Below the pieces are notes generated by a model. That model did no database searches and was not told the DNA's origin. It saw only the letters and a list, made by a program, of their open reading frames with translations. A DNA stretch of 64,000 nt, from NCBI RefSeq assembly GCF_009914755.1, contig NC_060941.1, one strand, 5' to 3'. Positions 33,961 through 53,843 of the stretch are shown piece by piece. Position numbers and translations under genes: made by a program. Source of the DNA: the human T2T-CHM13v2.0 reference genome, Homo sapiens. Within the stretch, counting starts at the first letter, position 1. Every line of letters begins with the position of its first letter.

Positions 33961-34301
33961 CAAGCTGTATCACTGCCCACATAGTTAACAACATTGAATC
34001 CAAACCACTAAGCTGATGAAAGCTCATCCCAGGAGAAGAGGGCAATTAGAGGGGAATCTTCCTAGAGCCTCTTTTGTGACTGCTGAGCCTACTTGGCAAA
34101 TTTATTACTTCTTTTAAAGTTTCTCTCTGAGAGGAGCCAAGACAATCTTGTAGGCAAAAAGAGGCTTCAGGTGACACACACACTACACAACCCCCTCCCC
34201 AGCCCTCATCTTCAGCGAGCCCCTGCCTTCTAGCATCACTCGCCTCAGGTGTTGGAGCAGAGGCCGGCGTGCAGTTCTAGGGTCTCCTGGGCATGCCTGC
34301 C

Positions 34302-34868
34302 TGTTACTGGCACAGCAGTCTTTACGTGTGGGCCAAGGATCTTCTATACTTTTAATAACGTCTTCCAAGATCGGGTGTCTGATGAGCAGGCACACCCAGC
34401 ACAGTTTCAACAAGCAATTTATCCCCCAGTGTGCAGGCTCCTTCCTTACAGGCTGAGTACTATGGGGTTACAATCTTCCCAGACATTGCTTATTGGTTGT
34501 TAGGCGGGGGCTTTAGGTATTTTTTTTTTAGGGTTGTCTTGCTGCATTTTGTTACAGCCCACAGTGCATTGCAATCTTAGTCTGCTTAGGGGCTCTTCAA
34601 GTATTTGACTTATGACCTAAGTAGCTAGGCCAGCTGGTAGGAAGAGACAAAGCGAGCTATTTTGCAGGCCAGTAAACTTTCATTTTAAACTTTTTTGGTT
34701 CGGGTGAGGGCAACCAAGGAAGGGGGAAGGGGGCAGACGGGGAAGCCGATAAGGCATCGGCTAGCCTGAGGGGCCTAGTACAACCCGTTTCTTCCGTAGT
34801 TTGCTGACCGAAGCCGATTCAAGGCACTTTGTCTTAAAAATGGACCACCGTATACCTTATTTCCTTCA
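34302..34868 (-). mobile_element. Probable ERV solo LTR, family unassigned
   Basis: Minus strand reads TGAAGGAAAT...GTAACA, with a GC box, CCAAT (34492-34496) and ATTAAA (34351-34356) in U3-R-U5 order. No clear TSD. Confidence 0.55.
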
Positions 34869-35053
34869 CCCAAATAACAGCTTAAAGTTTTACTCCTCTT
34901 TGAGTCTCCTGTTCTTTGACCAACAGTTTCTAAATAGCTGTATACTGCCCCCCCTCCAAAATTATATTTAACAAAGAGGAGCCCCTACTTGAATGATTTA
35001 GCAGCAAGCTAAGGCAAAGACACCCAGCGCTCACATTCCAGAATAAGAACATG

Positions 35054-35059
35054 TTTATT
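35054..35059 (-). terminator. PLD6 polyadenylation signal AATAAA
   Basis: tttatt on the + strand, ~1.75 kb downstream of the PLD6 stop. Confidence 0.7.
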
Positions 35060-35739
35060 CAGATGTGCCAGAAGTCCAGGGTCACGCGGCTTCGCATTTA
35101 GGAGATGCTTTACAAGCTCTCCCATTTTCTTTTCAGAACATACACTGGGGGAATTCACAAACTAAAACAATTTCTGGTGACTTCCAATCTATATATTATA
35201 CTTTACAGCTTCAATTGAATTTTTTTAAAAGTTAACTTCCAAGCTGGCTTGCCTAACACTGTGAGTCAAAAGTAACCCTAAAAAGGAAAAACACACAGCA
35301 CTGAAGGGTCTCTGGGTGGTAATGCCAGCGTGGGCTGGGGAGGTGAGACTAAGCACATGGCTAGCAGACCTCAGGATGGGCCCTGGGGCTCATCATACAG
35401 AAATATGACAAGATGATGAAGTCACAACTTCAGATGTCATTGGAGCTATCTGTATATGACACACACATTATAAACAAATAACCTGGAACATTTCACAGTG
35501 TACGACACCTGTTCTACCTGGGAATGCAAACCCTGAGCTGCAAATAAGAACACAGACGTGGGAGACACCACGGCCTGAAGCTGCTCTCCTCTTCCCCGCT
35601 CTCCTCTCCTCCGGTCCCGTGATGGGTTACGCTGAGCCAGCAATGTGCACGCACTAACTCCACAGGTGTTAAAGGTAAGGTCACTTCTAAACACACAACA
35701 AAATTACCTTAACATTAGGACATTAAAAGTTAAAAGCCC

Positions 35740-36064
<325 letters not shown>

Positions 36065-36807
36065 TTAAAAGCCCAACATAGAAACAGCTGCTGGCCATCA
36101 GTCCTGACAGACCACAGCACTTACTACCCAAGGACAGGCTGCTGAAGAGCTTGGCACTGGCGTGCATACTGGTTTTAAAGAGCAATTATGCAAGGAATCA
36201 AGGGAACAGCCAGCCTTTGGTGGCAATGACGCTCACGGGGTTGCCCCGAAGGCTGCTTTTGCCACCCGCACCGCACACTCACATCTTCCCTTCCTCCTGA
36301 CTTCCATTTCCTTTCCTTACTCTGAGGACCGAGCCCTGACACGGGCAGACTGTGAGGGACAAGGAGACTGTAGGCCCCAACCAACCCCAGTCGTGCCACA
36401 TGGAGAGAAGGATGAAATCTCAGGGAGATGCTGAAAGGGCCCACATCAGCCAAAGCAGGAGGGACTTTTCTAGAATCAGGGAAGGGAATGGGATCGACCT
36501 GGAAGAGGCACTGTGCCTTTTCTGTGCTGTAGCAGAAGTTTCGATTCCAAACCAAGATACGGACCACACTCATGAAAGCACCCCGTGGCAGGTCGTGACT
36601 GAAGTTATTTTGGCAAAGGAGCAAGAAAAAGGTCTGGCCCGAAATAACTGACCCGAAGTAACAGAAATTTCCCTTTCCTAACCTTCTTTAGTTCAATTTA
36701 GTATTCTAATAGACGAGACTTTAGTTTAACGATTTTTTTCTAGTGCCGAGGTCTCCCTCCCTCAGAACGCACAGCAGCCCGCAGGGAGGGCTCAGCCCCA
36801 TTCTTGG

Positions 36808-37139
36808 TTAGGTTTGGCTTTCGCTGGAGGTGCCGCAAGTTCTGTGCCATGAAAGCAATCTCCCTCCAGCTCTGGAGACAGGTGGGGCACAGCTTCCGTG
36901 ACTTTTCTTTGGTGGGAAAAAGGTATACTTTGTAGGGTTAAACTGTTCCCAGATGCGCTCAAATTCTTCCAGAAAAAGCCGCACGTACTCGTCGTCCTCC
37001 GTGATGAGAACATTCTCCCTGTTGTTCTGGATGGCTTGCGTGGTCCAGTTGAGCGAGCCAGTGATGAGCACCCTCTTGTCCACGATGGCAAACTTGTGAT
37101 GCATGTAGCCTGGGTCTTGATCGTGCCGGACCTGGATCC
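36808..37139 (-). CDS. PLD6: PLD6 exon 2 (catalytic HxKxxxxD...GSxN motif)
   Basis: [33 protein letters not shown]...SSESQT*; acceptor ctgcag|GG. Exon 1 plus exon 2 = 759 nt = 252 aa. Confidence 0.97.
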
Positions 37140-39896
37140 CTGCAGAAAGGACAAGGTGATTTCATTCCATGCAGGAGTCCCGCCCCCAGTGTGGACTGTT
37201 CCTGGGGGCTACTGGCTTTACTATATGTTTCCAGTTTGGTGGGCCAGGAAAGCCCGCCATGCTTTCACAGAGTGGTGGCGGCTAAGCTCCCAGGAGGGAC
37301 GCTGAGAACCACAGAGGGGACATCACACACAGGGCCAGAGCGTCACACACAGGCTATGGGGGACTGGGCAGGCCGTGGTCTGGGTGAGGCCACACCTCCG
37401 AGTCTATGCCAGCCAGTATGTCCCTTCAGGGTTACTGCTTGCTGCCAAGGCTGTCACTAACCCAGTCAGAGGTGACCAGGGCAAAGACAGCGTGTGAGCC
37501 TTCAGGTTCTGACTCTTCCACAGCTAAGGCTGAGAGCGTGCCCACTCTGCCCAGAGAGGCCCCGGCGTCTGAGAGCAGAGCCCAATTTGCTGGCACAACC
37601 TCGGCCACCAAGGCAGGAAGGGCCCTAACAACGCACAAATGAATTCTCCTCTTCCGCACCCCCCTGCTTCCTTCACCAAAGAACCAGGCATCCCGGCCTC
37701 TGCTCTTCCCAGCTTTCAAACTCCTCTTGGGAAGGGCCTGTGTCTGTCTCCCCTGGAATAACACTGCCTCACTCACGACCTGCTTAAGGAATGAGGCCGT
37801 CAGAAATGGGGCTTAAAAGAAGTTTTAAACAGGCTGCCATGGAACACAGTTGCCAGATTTTCCGAATCAAAATACAGAACATCCAAGTTAAATGGAATTT
37901 CAGATAGAGAGTAATCTTTGAAGGGAAGTGTGTCCCATGGAGTACTGGGAACATACCCTAAAAATCACTCCCTGTGCATGGAACTCATATTTAATTGTGC
38001 CCCCTAAATTGGGCCTGGCAGGATGAAGACGTGGTGGCTTCCTTACCTCGAGGAGCCAGCCCTTCTTCTCACACTCTGGCCACTCCTCTGGCACGTCCTG
38101 TCGGCACAGCCCTCCAAACACATTCCTCCACACGGTGGGCAATGTAAAACCCCACCATCGCCCACACCTCCTGCCTCCGCTGGGATCCACTGCCCACCTC
38201 CCCGTCCCCTCCCCGCGGCCTGCCACCTCTGGCCACAGGGGACTTCCTGCCCTTCCTCAAAAGGAAGTCAGTCTGTGACCCAGGGCGACTGTGCTGCTGC
38301 CCCTTCCAGCCGCATGCCTCTCCCTCCGAACAGTCCACTGGTGTCAGCAAGGTCCCTGCCCTGAGTGTCACTGCCCCTGGGCAGCTGACCTGGCCCACGC
38401 CACTTCCTCCCACACCACTGCCTCCTTACCCTGCTTTATGAAGTTTTCTTGGCCCTTCTCAGTGCCCTAAATGAAATATTCATGACTTAGTTGGCATCTC
38501 CGTGGCAACCTGGCCTTGTGCCCTTGTGCCCTAGGATGTTCCAGCTCCTCACAAATACTGGCACAGAGGGGACATTCCTTGAACAGTGAATGCCACTGGA
38601 CAGCCTCGAAGTCAGCGAGGATGCTGGGAGGCCATCCCAGAGGGGATCCGATGGGACCTTGGTCTAGGGGCCCTTGAAGGGTCTTCACCAACCTCAGCTT
38701 CTACGACTGTAAAAGCAACTCAAACAGAACTGTACTGTGCATGCCTGGAGGTCCCCAAACCTCCCGTTAAAATGACCAACACATGGGAGGACAGCTCTTG
38801 TGGCTGCCCCAAAGAGAAGGAGACATCCTCAATATGAAAACCACGTGCCCCACTCTGCTCCCACATGGCGTGCAACATGCCCCACACCACCCAGAGCAGG
38901 GAGGGACCCTGGCTGACTCTGGAGAGGCTGCTCTGAGGCCCAAGTCAACAAGAGGCTATGGCTGTGCAGAAGGAACAGCGCGGCGGTGACCACTGCCCAG
39001 CCTGGACAATTCCCAGGGCTCCACACATCTCTCGGTCACTGCGACCACCAGTATTATCAGATCCAACCGTTGCACGTGCAGGCGTGACTTTCTGGGTGCC
39101 TGAGTGATGGAGACAGAGACAGGCCCAAGAGTCTGTGAGTGCAGATACACAAAAGGCAACAGCAGGCTGGGCCGCCGAACTGGGCCAGGATGGACTGAGA
39201 ATCCTCAGGTGGGACAAGGATCCCAATTATTCACATTTCCTGGTCCCTTCTGTCCCCACCCCATGAGAGAGGCGCCCCCGCCAGAAATATGTGTTCCCCT
39301 CCTTTTGCAGCTGGGAAAACAACCGAATGTCCTGGCGCTGCTTTCTAGAACATGTTCAGGTCTCCCAGAGCCCAGTGGCCTGAGATTCACTGGGCAGCAG
39401 GTGGCCGCCTCTCCCCAGAGCCCTTCAGTCTGGAAGTCCAAGCACAACCCTGGCGTCCAGCTCCCCTGCCACCAGGATCCAGGTTACCAGAGGCCGTCCG
39501 GGGATCTCCGGCAGCGTAGGAGGGCGGGCCCGGGCTGCAGCAGTCACGAAAACTCCGCCGGCGGCGCCCGAGGAGTTGCTAGGGGAATCTGCTCCGCCTC
39601 TAACCCGGCACACGCAGGCCCACCTGCTTCCAGCATGCCGGGACAGTTCACTGAGAGAACCGCCCCCACCGCGGAGGCACCGAGGGTCCGGCTCGCTTAT
39701 GCCCACGCAGCCGGCTAGACCTTCTGTGGGGGCTCTGCTTTCTCCGCGTTACACCACCCCGACCCCACAAGGCCACGAGGAAAGTAAATGAGGCCTCAGC
39801 CCGTCCCCAGACCCCCTCCCCTAAGTGTCCACCTTTGCGCCTAGGACCCCGCGTGGGCCAAGCCGGCCTTCTCCGCTTGGACCCCGCCGGGCCTAC

Positions 39897-40323
39897 CTGC
39901 CTTGCGCAGCAGACCGATTTGCGAGCCGTTGAGGGCCATGTAGTCGCAGTCGGTGACGACCCGCACTCGCACCCCACGCTGGTGCAGCAACTGCACGGCG
40001 CGGCCCAGCTGCGGGCTGGAGAAGGCGAACAGGCAGAGATCCAGGCTGGCGCGGGCGGCCAGCAGGGCACGCAGCAGGCGGCTTAGCGCGCTCTCGCCGT
40101 GGGGCAGGCCGCACGGGCAGCCCTCGGGGAGCTCGGCCAGCTCCGCGCCCGGAGCCCGCAGCAGGGCCTCGGTACAGGTCACCTGAGACGGGAAGAACAG
40201 CGCCTCGCGCCGCGGCCGCCGCCGCCTGGACCGCAGCCAGCGCAGCACCCAAGGCAGCGCCTCCAGAGTCAGAGCCAGGCCCACAGCCGCCGCGGCCGCC
40301 ACCTGCCAACTCAACCGTCCCAT
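39897..40323 (-). CDS. PLD6: PLD6 exon 1 (mitochondrial anchor, CCCH Zn motif)
   Basis: [30 protein letters not shown]...CTEA...CPCGLPH...LLRKA; donor GCAG|gtaggc. Confidence 0.97.
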
Positions 40324-40390
40324 GCCGCCGCTAATCCGGGACCCACAGCCACGCCGCCGCAGCGGAGTCTGCGCGCCCCCAGCCCTAGAC

Positions 40391-40900
40391 CGCCAGGCCA
40401 CGCCCCCGTCACGCGCCGCCAGCGGCCATGTGCCAGGCCACGCCCAGCCCCCCATGGCCACGCGCCAGGCCACGCCCTATCACGTCCTGCCAATTGCCAC
40501 GCACCAGGCCACGCCCCCGTCACGCAGCGCCAACGGCCACGTGCCAGGCCACGTGCCAGGCCACGCCCAGCACCCATGGCCACACGCCAGGCCACGCCCC
40601 CGTCACGCCCCACCAACGGCCACGTGCAAGGTCACGCCCTCAGCCCCCGAGGGCCACGCGCTAGGCCGCGCCATGCCCCCACAACTGTCACGCACCAAGC
40701 TGAACCCACGCCTCCCATCAGCCCGCCCCCAACCCTCAACAGGTGACCACGCCTCCCTCCACGCGCCAGGCCACGCCCCCTGCCACAGACACCCTCCACC
40801 CCCCAACGCCAGGCTGTGCCCCCCATTTTCCTTCCAGCCAGGCGCTCGGCCACGCCCTCCAGGTTCCACCTCCCACCACGTGCCAAGCCACGTCCCCAAG
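40391..40900. repeat. Degenerate GC-rich minisatellite (core gccaggccacgccc)
   Basis: At least 8 CCACGCCC and 4 CACGTG (40538, 40550, 40621, 40877), in higher-order units of ~80-110 nt. Confidence 0.85.
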
Positions 40901-41279
40901 CCCGCGCCACCAGGCAGCACCTGCACACCCGCGGGCCACGGGCCCTAGCACACCCGTCACCTGCCCAGGCCAGAGACCGCTCTCCGCGCTAGAAGCCACA
41001 GCAACCCCGGCTTTCCTCGCATGGAGCACAGCAGAGCTGCTCTGGAAATGTGGGGTCACACCTTCACTGTCTTCTCGGGAGCAGCTAGGCTGGGCTGGGG
41101 AATGACCTGGGAACACAGATAATCAGGGAATCAACACAGCTGGAGGCAGCATTGGAACCCAGCATACTGGAGGCGGTGTCGGCCCAGAGGTTTTTTCCTA
41201 GCCCAAGAGGTTTTTTCCAGCCGGCGTTGTTGGAAGGCCTGCCCTGCTTTAAGCATAAACAGAGGAAGAGACTAAGGCA

Positions 41280-46164
<4,885 letters not shown>

Positions 46165-46270
46165 GACTCACTGGTATTTTTTAACCATAGTATTTCCTGT
46201 GCCTGAGCGCAAATAAATAGTAGGCATCAAACCAATAAAACCATGTAGTAACAATTTACAAAAATACATC

Positions 46271-46276
46271 TTTATT
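46271..46276 (-). terminator. FLCN polyadenylation signal AATAAA
   Basis: tttatt on the + strand, ~1.43 kb after the FLCN stop, with U/GU-rich sequence downstream on the minus strand. Confidence 0.75.
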
Positions 46277-46424
46277 GTGTTCCAATGTTGTTGCGTTATA
46301 CAGATACCTAGTTATATAAACTTGGTCTTCATGTTAAATATAAACACAAAAAAACTAGAAACAAATCAGCAAAACCATCAGAAAATCCCTCTGAGCCATG
46401 AATCCTTATTAAAAATGTATAGTG

Positions 46425-46868
<444 letters not shown>

Positions 46869-47501
46869 TCACCACACTCCGAAAATAGTTAACTGTAACC
46901 AAACGTAAATGTTGAAAGCAGCAATAAAGACAAAAGCGATACAGAATAAAAGCATGGCGGGGCTCACCATATCCAGGGGATTGGGCAAGTCAGATGCTTG
47001 CCGACCCCTCAGCAACCTGTCTTGTGCAAAAATGATCAGGGACTCCATCATTAAGCCCCAGGTTACCTTCACCAGCACCTGCAGGGGAACACCCCAGAAG
47101 ACGAGCCCCATGGCTTCAGAACACACATTTCAGAGGACCAGAAGATGAGGAAGAGATCCACTTCACTCCCCAAAGTCTCTTGCGGAGCCCTAACTCAATC
47201 ACTCAGTGACCAAGAGCTGGCAATGTACTGAATATTCACAACTGCAGCAAAAGGTACCCTCAAACATAAGGCCCAGAAACTCTTGCTGAATTTCAAAGTA
47301 GAAACGCTTGAATGTTAACCTCGGGAGCAGACATGTTATTGCGACTGCATACTGAGTCGGACCTGTTTCTCCTGCGGGTTTTGAGTCTAAGTCCACAAGG
47401 GGCCTGGGAGGCAAGCTGTCCTCCTAGTCGTCTCTCCAAGGAGTTTGAACACAGAGAGAGCCCATCATCCCTCCGCCTTTCATTGCCATCTTCAGCGATT
47501 C

Positions 47502-48172
47502 CAACGGCTGGAGGGAGAGTCTGGGAAGCACACAGGCCCCAAACCTGACAGGGCCGAGCCCAGCCCTGATGGTTTCCCTTCCTTGCTGGGACACAGCTCC
47601 TTCCAGCAGTTGAGAAACTCAAGGGACAGTCCCTCTCACGGGGCTGGAGGATCCTGTGGACAGCCATCCCTGTCTTTAGGCAGGTGTGTGTGACGGGTCA
47701 GTTCCGAGACTCCGAGGCTGTGGGGCTGCGGACCGTGGACATGAGGTGTGACTTGTAGGTCTTGCTCAGGCCAGTCATCCAGAACTTCAGCAGCTTGACA
47801 TTGTCCTCCTCGGACGCACCCAGGATGCTCAGCAGCTTCTGTGTGTCCTCTTTGGGTCGACTGTCCACCTTGGTGAACTTAAAAAGCACCTTCACTTTGC
47901 TGAAGAAAACCAAAACAAAACACTCAGACACCACAGCACAATCCCTCGAGCCCTGGTCACGGGGCCAACCAGGGGTGACACGGCTTTGGCACCAGCAGGA
48001 GCTGTGCAGGCAGAGCTGGAATCCACACCCTTGGGGCAGCAGGCTTGGCCCCTGAACTGCTGAAAGGAGCTGTGTCCCAGCAAGGAAGGGAAGCTGTCGG
48101 GGCTGGGCTCGGCCCTCTGTCGGGTATGGGTATGGGGCCTGTGCGCTTCCCACACCCTCCCTCAAGCTGTTG
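47502..48172. repeat. Non-Alu inverted repeat, arms 47502-47613 and 48053-48172
   Basis: The reverse complement of arm 2 matches arm 1, including 29 identical nt (ttcccttccttgctgggacacagctcctt). Confidence 0.92.
47698..47899 (-). CDS. FLCN: FLCN exon 14 coding part ([10 protein letters not shown]...TASESRN*)
   Basis: tcttcag|C acceptor; TGA at 47698-47700; 202 nt. Confidence 0.97.
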
Positions 48173-48435
48173 TCAAGACGCCAAGAAGAAAGAAAAACCT
48201 TCCTTAAACTCGTGGAAGACACTGGTTGCTCCTAAGCTTCACTGCATGATTTTAAATCAGGACAATGTTTGATTAATAAATTTGACCCAAAAAATTACCA
48301 AGAATCGAGGCAGGAGGAAATAAAGTAAATTTGCTTACAAAAAAAAAAACCCGGGGGGCCAGGTGCAGTGGCTCACGCCTGTAATCCCAGCACTTTGGGA
48401 GGCCAAGGTGGGCGGATCACGAAGTCAGGAGTTCA

Positions 48436-48702
<267 letters not shown>

Positions 48703-49026
48703 TTAGGTTTTGAAGTTAATTGCACAGCAGATGACAGAGCTTCCATTATGAACCCTCCTGTGAGCTTGGAGCCCTTGCCCAAGCCTCAGTCGCTCTCCAA
48801 GGCAGGCGCCACCCCCACCTCCCCATGCAGGAGCCGGAGGCAGACATGATGACCGCCTCCCGAGGCCACCTGAGCTTTGCAGTGGCGGACGTGGAGTTGG
48901 AACCCCGCCCCCAACCTCTTCTCTCGGCTCCTCCCTCAGTGGCCACGGCCCAGCTCCTCTTTTGGAAACAGCTCCAGGTTTTCTCCAGGGTCGCAAGCAA
49001 AGGGGCCTCACCCACACTGTTGCTTA

Positions 49027-49444
<418 letters not shown>

Positions 49445-50384
49445 TCATCCCAGGTCAGTGGGGAAGGCTGCTGGTGAAAAGACTGGCCCAAATCAATGCT
49501 TTGGTATTTAAAACCTTTCAGGTTATTCGTGAATAGTTAAGGGTTAACTTTTGCCTCAGTTAAACTAATAATTTATTATATTACAATAATCACAAAGTAC
49601 TTTATATACATCAATTTACCTCTGGCTAAGCAGCCCTATGAGGGTGGTCTCACCATGACCCTATTCTACAGATGGGGAAACAGGCCTGGAGACGTTAAAT
49701 AACCTGCTCGTAGTGGTAAGAATTTGAAGTCTGTTTGAAACCAGAGCCTGTGTTTCCAATGCTACCCGGAAAAAAGGCACTGCCTCGCAGGGAGTCAGGA
49801 CCCAGCCTGGGTGCTGATTGGGGGCTCAGGGTAGCTCCACTCGGACCATGAGTCAGCAGCTGCTGGTCACCGCTGTGCTGGGGGAAGTCACTGATGAGCC
49901 TGGGGGGCTGATCCCTGGACATCCCCAAACCAAAAGACCAGGGGTTTGCTGAGCCCTGACCACACCAGTGAAGGCCGGGAAGACCTCGGGCACATGAGGT
50001 GAAGAAAAAGGCTGGAGGAGAGCAGAAGTCAGGACAGGGGAACAGTAGAAGAGTGAGGAGAGGATGGCAGGGCCCACAGAAGCAGGCAGCTCACACCCAG
50101 CATTCAGCAGGCCTCCATCTCATAGGCACCCAATCACCAGGACGACCAGGATCCTCCGGCCAGGGACACATCCTCCCACCCCACGATGGTGACCTGCAGC
50201 CCACTGACGACAGTCCCTGCCAGCCAACCTTCCCATCAGGTCCACTCACCCACCGCTACCTGTGTGAAGATAGAACACGGAGGCCCAGAGCCATGGGGGA
50301 AGCTGGCCCTGCAATGAGGCCTCCTCTCCACAACCCATGACAGAGATCTGGTTCCACTTTGGGCCTGAGGCGTGGGGAACCTCA

Positions 50385-50756
<372 letters not shown>

Positions 50757-51093
50757 TCACACACCAGCTTGTACCGCCCCTCGCTCTGTGGTGTTAACTC
50801 ATATTAATGTTTGCCTGCACAGATGTTTGTCTCCTACCGCATCCCACAAAGAAGCTTTTACCAAGACTGTGTCATATGCATTTTTGTTCCCTCTCAGGCC
50901 TGGGCAGTCAGCAGGCACACGCATCCTTCTGACGATTTAAACATCATCAGACCAGACCCGGGTCTCCGTGCCCACTGCGCCCCCAGTGGAGACCGTGTGG
51001 TGCACAGCGGTTCTGTGCTGGGCAGTCGGTGCACCTTGGCATCCCCACCTGACGCCAGGCACCAGGCCAATACTGCCCTGCGCCGCACACCTA

Positions 51094-51225
<132 letters not shown>

Positions 51226-52861
51226 CTAAACAAGAGAGTGCAGTGCTTTCAGCGTGACTAGTAGAAATGGTTTTTCTCTCCCTTCCCATGAAGTTATTTG
51301 TGTGTTCATAAAACTTTGTAGAGCAAAGACAGGGCTCAGGAGAAAGACACTTATCTTCTCAGGGAGGCGGGTGCCCGGCCCAGGGTTAAAGGGGCACAGA
51401 GAGAAGTTCCAGGTTTGCACATAAATGCTAGATTCCAAAGCTCTTGCTCCAAGATCTTTCTCCCAGTTTTGTTTTTAAAAATTTGAAGCAAAAAGATGTT
51501 AACTTTGTGCAATATTCACCTTCTCTCTACAGACACTTTCCGCTGAACCATTTGAAAGCAAGCTGTAGGGCCCTCGACATGGCAGCACCCAGGAGAATAA
51601 GGGCATCTCCACAGCTGAGACCATGACTGCAGCCAGGAGTGCCTGGACGGACGCATCTGACATCCAGCCGTGTGCACAAGCCCAGGGCTGCTGCCTGCTT
51701 GACGGCTGCTGTTCTTTGGATCCAGGAGATACTACAGGACCCATCATGGCTTTTAGTTGTCACGTCCTTATTCTTTAACCTAGAACAGCCTCTCCCCACA
51801 CCCCACCTGTTATTAACTTCCATGACATTGACACCTTAGGAGAGTCCAGCCTGCTGTCTCACGGCTTCTAAGAAGCCAAACCCAGCTTTGAAACACAACA
51901 TAAGAGAGAGGCCACAATACTATGTCTCACCAAACCCCAACAGCCTCAAAGTAGTCCCACCTCCAGAGGAATTCCAGACCCCTTCCAACCTTCATCAACA
52001 TAAGCAACGGACAAGGAAGGTTTCAGCCAAATGCAGGATTTTGATGGAATGGGTGTTTACATCCAGAAGCCCCAAGGACATCTGCCATGAAATCAGTCTC
52101 ACTCCATTTTCAAAAACAAATAACTCTCTTCTAATGAATCAGTGCTCATTGGAAAAATTCATGCAGAAGAATTTTATAAGAAGGCAGCCTGCCCTTGTAA
52201 TCCAGCAACCCACACCCCTCTCTCCCGGCATCTGACTCGATGTAACTGGAGACAACACTGTTAGATTTTGTCGTGTCTGGCAGGCACACATGTACATACA
52301 TCACCCTGAACACACAGTGCCTGCTTTATTTCTTCTAATTAATCATATTCCACGGTTTGGCTACTGTTTACTAGTATGGTTTGATATGCAAGTTGTTCCT
52401 AATTTTTTGTAAGAATGACCATCACTTTCTTTTTTTTTTTTTTTTTTGAGATGGAGTCTCGCTCTGTCACCAGTCTGGAGTGCAGTGGTGCCATCTTGGC
52501 TCACTGTTAACCTCCACCTCCCAGGTTCAAGCGATTCTCCTGCCTCAGCCTCCAAGTAGCTGGGACTACAGGCACATGCCACCATGCCCAGCTAATTTTT
52601 GTATTAATAGAGATGGGGTTTCACCATGTTGGCCAGGCTGGTCTCGAACTCCTGACCTCGTGATCCGCTCCCCCTTGGCCTCCCAAAGTGCTGGGATTAC
52701 AGGTGAGAGCCACCACGCCCAGCCAGACCATCACTTACAATGGGCAGGGTCCAGGCTGCATCCAAACCAATTACAGTGCTGTTCAATGCCTTTAGGAGCT
52801 TCTTAGAGGATTAGAGGACCATGGGATGCCAACTATCTGGGCTTTTCTTTGAAGATACTTA

Positions 52862-53308
<447 letters not shown>

Positions 53309-53440
53309 TCAGCCCAAGATACTTCATGGGCTGAGCCGGTCAGTGTAGATTCCTGGCTGCGGCCAGGTCCTATGCTCCCTGCTCCCTGTTGCTCTGGGAG
53401 CCCTGGGGTGGGAGGGAGGGCTCAGTTGCTGTCTACTTAG

Positions 53441-53843
<403 letters not shown>

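Larger units (their letters stand above)
39480..41000 (-). promoter_or_regulatory. PLD6 CpG island and promoter
   Basis: Very high GC and CpG density over exon 1 and upstream sequence. Confidence 0.88.

Noticed and set aside
39104-39718. 204-aa plus-strand ORF in the PLD6 intron
   Set aside because: Low-complexity GC-rich island edge, no recognisable domain, splice structure or poly(A) signal.
40391-40900. Repeat-spacer appearance reminiscent of a CRISPR array
   Set aside because: Human DNA; units are degenerate and of irregular length, spacers are related to one another, and there are no cas genes.
40099-40948. Overlapping 200-aa Pro/Arg/Ala-rich ORFs on both strands
   Set aside because: By-product of the stop-poor GC-rich minisatellite and CpG island.
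47900-48222. N-terminal extension of the FLCN exon 14 ORF
   Set aside because: Intron 13 sequence upstream of a clear acceptor; the open frame is probably chance.
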